Position numbers and translations under genes: made by a program
Notes under the pieces: generated by a model
Database searches by the model: none
Told to the model about the DNA's origin: nothing
Seen by the model: the letters and a program-made list of their open reading frames with translations, nothing else
In this document: piece after piece, positions 58,869 through 64,000 of the stretch
Position numbering within the stretch: the first letter of the stretch is position 1
Layout: each line of letters begins with the position of its first letter
Origin: Patescibacteria group bacterium
GTDB taxonomy: Bacteria > Patescibacteriota > WWE3 > 0-14-0-20-40-13
Length of the DNA stretch: 64,000 bases
Reading direction: 5' to 3'
Assembly: GCA_018896215.1 (NCBI GenBank)
Contig: JAHINB010000013.1
Coordinates: forward strand, 17,946-81,945

Positions 58869-61800
58869 TTATTCCAGTCGTGCACGCTCTCCCACTGGAA
58901 TTAATCTACCGATTATTACATTTTCTTTGAGACCGAGCAACTTATCAACCGCGCCAACCGAAGCGGCATCGGTTAGTACTCTACTAGTGTTCATAAAGCT
59001 CGCAGCCGCCAAAAAGCTATCGGTCTCCAGTGACGATCTTGTAATACCAAGCAATATTAAATGCCCCTCTGCCATTTCCCCACCCTCTGCTGCAACTTTA
59101 GAATTTTCTTCTTCAAACCTATCTTTGGTAATAACTTCACCCTGCAAAAAAATTGTGTCGCCAACTTTATCCACCTCTACCTTATTAAACATCTGCCTTA
59201 CAATTACCTCTAAATGCTTATCGTTTAGCTTAACACCTTGCGATGTATAAACTTTTTGCAAGTCTTTTACAATATAATTTTGCGTTTGCATTACCCCAAC
59301 AGCGTTTAGAAGCTCCCCCAAATCTAAACTCCCTAGTGTTAAGGGCTGTCCTGCCGTGACTAAATCGCCTTTTGCCACAATAATTTCCGAAACGGGATCT
59401 ACATTGTAGCAAACTTCGGAAATATCAACATTCTTTGTCGTCACCTTTACTGTAAGAGTCCTTTTTCCATTCTTATCCTCCTCTAGCGATACCCGACCAG
59501 AAATTTCGCTCATGATAGAAAGTGATTTGGGCAAACGAGCCTCTAAAATTTCTTCTACTCGGGGAAGCCCTTGTGTAATATCCTTTCCTGCAACACCACC
59601 TGTATGGAATGTTCTCATAGTAAGCTGGGTTCCCGGCTCGCCAATAGACTGCGCCGCCAAAATTCCAACAGGAACGCCTATCTTTACCACCGCCAAATTA
59701 GTTAAATCCTCTCCATAGCACTTTTGACAAATCCCATGACTGTACTCACAAGTTAAGGGAGAGTAAATTCTAATGTTGTCAATCTCCAGCAAATCTATTT
59801 GCTTGGCGATACTTGCCGTTATAAGCTCTCCTTTTTTAATGAGCGTTTTTCCTTTATGCTTAACAGTCTTGGCAACAAACCGACCCTTTAATTTATCTGC
59901 CATGGAGGCGAGTGGCACGCAATCGGCTCGCGAAATTTCTCTGTACTTTTCGGTTCCGCAAAATTCGGTTCTTATAATTACATCTTGCGCCACATCGACA
60001 AGTCGGCGAGTAAGATACCCCGCATCGGCGGTCCTTAATGATTTATCGGTAATTCCCTTGCGAGAACCTCGGGATCCCGCAAAATATTCAAACCCCGAAA
60101 GACCTTCTTTGTAATTTCCTTTAATTGGCATTTCAATAATTCGTCCCGTAGGATCAGCGATAAGCCCTCTCATTCCAGCAATCTGTCTAATTTGCACTCG
60201 TGAGGCTTTTCCAGCACCGCCCGATTTAAGCATATATTTAACCACATTCTTATCGTCCAACATTTTCCAGGTAGCATCGTCAATTTTTTCGGTAGTCTCT
60301 TGCCAAAGAGCTTGTAGCAAACTCTTTTGTTCTTGTCTTGTAATAAGACCTCTTTTGTAGTTCAAGTCAATTTCCTCCGCTTTCTTATTAGCAACATTAA
60401 GCATTAAATCCTTATCTGGAGAGGCTTTAAAATCAAACAGCGAAACTGACAAACCCGACTTTGTAGCGTATTCGTATCCTAAATTCTTGACCGCATCAAT
60501 AAATTCCACAGTAATCCTAGAATCTTCAGATTTTAATACTTTATCAAATAAGTCGCTTAGCGAAAGCGTGTCTTCCGAGGCGCTTTTTCCAACGCTACTA
60601 TTAATATATCCCAAAGATTGAGGAATCTGCTCGTTAAAAATTACCCTTCCCGCAGTGGTTTCTAGAGTCTTCCCATTTATGTAAACATTTATGAGTTGTT
60701 TAAGAGTTATTTTTTTATTATCCAAAGCCAGCAACACCTCATCTACACTCCCGAATGTTCCAGAGTGTTTTTTAGCCTCGGTATCTATTGTTGTTAGGTA
60801 ATAGACACCTAAAATCATATCTTTTGCTGGCATGGCAATAAATTGACCATTAGAAGGTTTGAGCAAGTTTTTATCTGCCAACATTAAATCTTTTGCCTCA
60901 TCAATAGCTTCTTTAGATAACGGCAAATGCACAGCCATCTGATCCCCGTCAAAATCGGCATTGTAACCATCACAAACGCAAGGGTGAATTTGAATCGCGT
61001 TGCCATCAATTAGCTTGGGATAAAAGGCTTGAATTCCCAATCGATGCAGTGTTGGAGCGCGATTTAAAAGTACGGGTCTTGTTTTGGCAAGGGACTCTAC
61101 AATATCCCAAACCTCGCCACCTCTTTCTTCTAAAATATATTTGGCGCTCTTTACATTGGGAGCAAGCCCGCGAAGCAAAATTTCGCGAAGAACTAAAGGC
61201 TTTAAAAGCTCAATTGCCATTTCTCTTGGAATACCGCATTCGGTTAGGGCAAGTTCGGGACCCACAACTATAACCGATCTTCCCGAATAATCTACCCTCT
61301 TTCCCAGTAAATTCTGCCTAAATCTTCCCTGCTTTCCCTTTAACATATCAGAGATTGAACGCAAGGGTTTTCGGGTAGTCCTTAGAACCCTAGATGTGGA
61401 TCTTTGCTTGGAAGAATCAATCAAAGCGTCCACCGCCTCTTGCAACATTCTTTTCTCGTTGCGGACTATAATTTCTGGCGCCCCCAAATTTAGTAACCTT
61501 TTCAGTCTACTATTACGGTTGATAATTCTTCGATAAAGATCATTGAGATCGCTTGTGGCGAACCTACCACCCTCCAGCTGAACCATAGGACGCAAATCTG
61601 GGGGGATAACAGGTAAATGTTGTAACACAACCCAAGTTGGGCTAATACCAGCGTGTCTAAAACCCTCCAACACCTTTAATCTTTTGGTGAGTTTAAGTTG
61701 CGCTTGACCCTTTGTCCGTGTAATTTTGGCTTTAAGCTTTTTAATATCCTCCACCAAATCTATTGCATCCAAAATATTTTTTATTGCTTCGGCCCCAATT

Positions 61801-62579
61801 TCTACAGTACAAAACTGATCCATGTAGTATGCCATATCTAAATATTCCATGTCGGTTAATACCGTAAATCGCTTGATGGAGGAGAGTTTTTTATCTAAAA
61901 TCGAAAACTTATCTTTTACTTCGTCTTGACGAGCAACAACTTTCTCGCGAATTTGGGCTACCTTTTGATTAGCTTTTAAGGTAATCGCCTCAATTAAAAG
62001 CGCTTTTTTCTGTTTATCTTTCTCTTTAACTTCTTTTGCCACCTCTGCTTTAAGCAATGCAATTTGGGCCTCGGAATCTTCTAAAACCTTGCTCTTTTCT
62101 AGCTCTAAATCTTTGCTAAGAGTAGAAATTATGGACATCTTTTTATCGCTGTCTAATGAAATTACAATGTATGACGAAAAGTAAATTACCGCTTCTAAAC
62201 TTCTAGGCGAAATATCTAAAAGCAATGCCAGTTTTGAAGGTATCCCTTTAAAAAACCAAACGTGGGCAACGGGAGAGGCAAGGGTTATATGCCCCATCCG
62301 TTCTCTTCTAACTCGGGAATGAGTTACCTCCACGCCACATTTGTCGCAAATTACCCCCTTGTAGCGAATTCTTTTATATTTTCCGCAATAGCATTCATAA
62401 TCTTTTGTCGGTCCAAATATTTTCTCGTCAAAAAGACCGCCCTTTTCGGCTTTAAAAGTTCGGTAATTTATTGTTTCAGGCTTTGTAATCTCACCAAAAG
62501 ACCAGTTCTGAATATCATCGGGCGAAGCAACCGATATTTTTAGGGAATGAAAATCTTTTAGTCTAGATAATTTATTCAT
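58869..62579 (-). CDS. rpoC: RNA polymerase beta' subunit
   Basis: [12 protein letters not shown], zinc-finger Cys residues, QLTMRTFH. Confidence 0.99.
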   Translation of the reverse strand: MNKLSRLKDFHSLKISVASPDDIQNWSFGEITKPETINYRTFKAEKGGLFDEKIFGPTKDYECYCGKYKRIRYKGVICDKCGVEVTHSRVRRERMGHITLASPVAHVWFFKGIPSKLALLLDISPRSLEAVIYFSSYIVISLDSDKKMSIISTLSKDLELEKSKVLEDSEAQIALLKAEVAKEVKEKDKQKKALLIEAITLKANQKVAQIREKVVARQDEVKDKFSILDKKLSSIKRFTVLTDMEYLDMAYYMDQFCTVEIGAEAIKNILDAIDLVEDIKKLKAKITRTKGQAQLKLTKRLKVLEGFRHAGISPTWVVLQHLPVIPPDLRPMVQLEGGRFATSDLNDLYRRIINRNSRLKRLLNLGAPEIIVRNEKRMLQEAVDALIDSSKQRSTSRVLRTTRKPLRSISDMLKGKQGRFRQNLLGKRVDYSGRSVIVVGPELALTECGIPREMAIELLKPLVLREILLRGLAPNVKSAKYILEERGGEVWDIVESLAKTRPVLLNRAPTLHRLGIQAFYPKLIDGNAIQIHPCVCDGYNADFDGDQMAVHLPLSKEAIDEAKDLMLADKNLLKPSNGQFIAMPAKDMILGVYYLTTIDTEAKKHSGTFGSVDEVLLALDNKKITLKQLINVYINGKTLETTAGRVIFNEQIPQSLGYINSSVGKSASEDTLSLSDLFDKVLKSEDSRITVEFIDAVKNLGYEYATKSGLSVSLFDFKASPDKDLMLNVANKKAEEIDLNYKRGLITRQEQKSLLQALWQETTEKIDDATWKMLDDKNVVKYMLKSGGAGKASRVQIRQIAGMRGLIADPTGRIIEMPIKGNYKEGLSGFEYFAGSRGSRKGITDKSLRTADAGYLTRRLVDVAQDVIIRTEFCGTEKYREISRADCVPLASMADKLKGRFVAKTVKHKGKTLIKKGELITASIAKQIDLLEIDNIRIYSPLTCEYSHGICQKCYGEDLTNLAVVKIGVPVGILAAQSIGEPGTQLTMRTFHTGGVAGKDITQGLPRVEEILEARLPKSLSIMSEISGRVSLEEDKNGKRTLTVKVTTKNVDISEVCYNVDPVSEIIVAKGDLVTAGQPLTLGSLDLGELLNAVGVMQTQNYIVKDLQKVYTSQGVKLNDKHLEVIVRQMFNKVEVDKVGDTIFLQGEVITKDRFEEENSKVAAEGGEMAEGHLILLGITRSSLETDSFLAAASFMNTSRVLTDAASVGAVDKLLGLKENVIIGRLIPVGERARLE

Positions 62580-64000
62580 GAGATTTGTCTTCTAAAACTA
62601 CTTCTAATTCCACAACTTTTGGTTTTTTGCCGCTTTTTTCGGATTCTACAACAGCCTCTCCCGGAACAATGCCCGCAAGTTCTACTTCTTCTACTTCCTC
62701 TTGGCTTTCTCCAACTGTTTCAATATTTAGACATAACCCATTAAGCTCACGAACTAAAAGTTTAAACGATTCGGGAATTGCCGCTGGTGGGATTTTTTCT
62801 CCTTGTAACATCGCCCTATAAGCAAGTGTTCTTCCTAACATATCGTCCGATTTGATGGTGAGCATTTCCTGAAGAACATGCGCTGCGCTGTAGGCTTCGA
62901 GAGCCCAAACTTCCATTTCTCCGAACCTTTGACCTCCAAATTGAGCCTTTCCACCCAATGGTTGCTGGGTAATTAAAGAATAAGGACCTGTGCTCCTGGC
63001 ATGCATTTTGTCTTCCGCAAGGTGATGAAGTTTTAGAACATATAAACTACCAACTACAATACGAGTGTCAAAAGGCTCGCCTGTGCGACCGTCGTAGAGT
63101 ACAGTTTTTCCATCGGTGGGAAGATTGGCATCTTTTAAAGCTTTAATTAGATAACTTTCGTTAAATTTACTAAACACGGGAACTTTATAGTAATTACCAG
63201 TCTTTTGAGAAACCCACCCCAAATGGGTCTCTGGAAGCTGGCCAATATTCATTCTTCCAAGAAGAGATGCTGGGTGTAAAATGATGTCTGCAGCAACCCC
63301 TTCTTGAGTAAAAGGCATATCTTCTTCTCGGGCGATTAGAGCAATAACCCCTTTTTGACCCTGCCTTCCAGTAAGTTTATCCCCCACCACAATTTTTCTT
63401 CTTTGGGCAACAAAAACCCTAATCTCGCGAACAACTCCAGTGGGCAACTCGTCGCCTCTTTCTTTGCTTAACTCGGTTACACTAATGACTGTTCCGTATT
63501 CGCCGTGAGGCAAAACCAAGGAATTATCTTTAACATCGCGAGATTTTTCTCCAAAAATCGCCCGCAATAGCCTTTCTTCGGCAGAAAGTTCGGTCTCCCC
63601 TTTGGGAGCAATTTTTCCAACTAAAATATCGCCCGACTTAACCTCGGAACCAACCGCAACAATACCATTTTCATCCAAATTCCTAAGCGCCTCCTCCGAA
63701 ACATTGGGAATATCGCGGGTAATTTCTTCGGGACCAAGTTTAGTTTCCAAAACTTGCACCGAGTGATCTTTAATGTGAATAGAGGTTAAAATGTCATCTT
63801 TTACCAAACGATCCGAAATAATTATGGCGTCCTCGTAGTTGTACCCATGCCAAATCATAAAAGCAACTGTAAGATTTGCCCCAATTGCCATTTCTCCATT
63901 ACTAACCGCTGGACCCTCGGCAAGAATAGCACCTTGTTTAACTTTTTGACCTGTAACTACATTAACCTTTTGGTTGTAGCAGGTATCCATATTAGATTGC
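62572..64000 (-). CDS. rpoB: RNA polymerase beta subunit, C-terminal part (runs off the right edge)
   Basis: [32 protein letters not shown]. Confidence 0.98.
   Translation of the reverse strand, partial: QSNMDTCYNQKVNVVTGQKVKQGAILAEGPAVSNGEMAIGANLTVAFMIWHGYNYEDAIIISDRLVKDDILTSIHIKDHSVQVLETKLGPEEITRDIPNVSEEALRNLDENGIVAVGSEVKSGDILVGKIAPKGETELSAEERLLRAIFGEKSRDVKDNSLVLPHGEYGTVISVTELSKERGDELPTGVVREIRVFVAQRRKIVVGDKLTGRQGQKGVIALIAREEDMPFTQEGVAADIILHPASLLGRMNIGQLPETHLGWVSQKTGNYYKVPVFSKFNESYLIKALKDANLPTDGKTVLYDGRTGEPFDTRIVVGSLYVLKLHHLAEDKMHARSTGPYSLITQQPLGGKAQFGGQRFGEMEVWALEAYSAAHVLQEMLTIKSDDMLGRTLAYRAMLQGEKIPPAAIPESFKLLVRELNGLCLNIETVGESQEEVEEVELAGIVPGEAVVESEKSGKKPKVVELEVVLEDKSHE

Overview
This window is AT-rich bacterial chromosome using the standard code (RF2 present, UGA used as stop). 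Its features fit a Patescibacteria/CPR genome, Microgenomates/WWE3-like by inference: no uL30 in the spc operon, host genes mostly leaderless and lacking Shine-Dalgarno (SD) sequences, and a streamlined gene set. From left to right it holds an ftsEX-M23 cluster, prfB, an ArsR-led suf/ferredoxin/FNR locus split by ybaK, tRNA-Pro flanked by two nuclease-like genes, a repeat-punctuated accessory region (DUF5674, glycosylase, Fic, AlkD, AAA), tRNA-Glu, greA-lysS-serS-uppP-secA, and the rpoBC-str-S10-spc-alpha superoperon. Two GC-rich, SD-led inserts interrupt the superoperon: a six-gene T4SS/conjugation-like operon with an rRNA-type boxA leader between rpsG and fusA, and a G10-frameshifted receiver-like gene upstream of adk. 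The most striking unannotated signal is a family of eight structured intergenic elements with covarying hairpins and integron attC-like boxes. Five lie between ribosomal-operon genes, one in the arsR leader, and two directly downstream of accessory genes. All assignments come from reading motifs by eye; no database searches were run.
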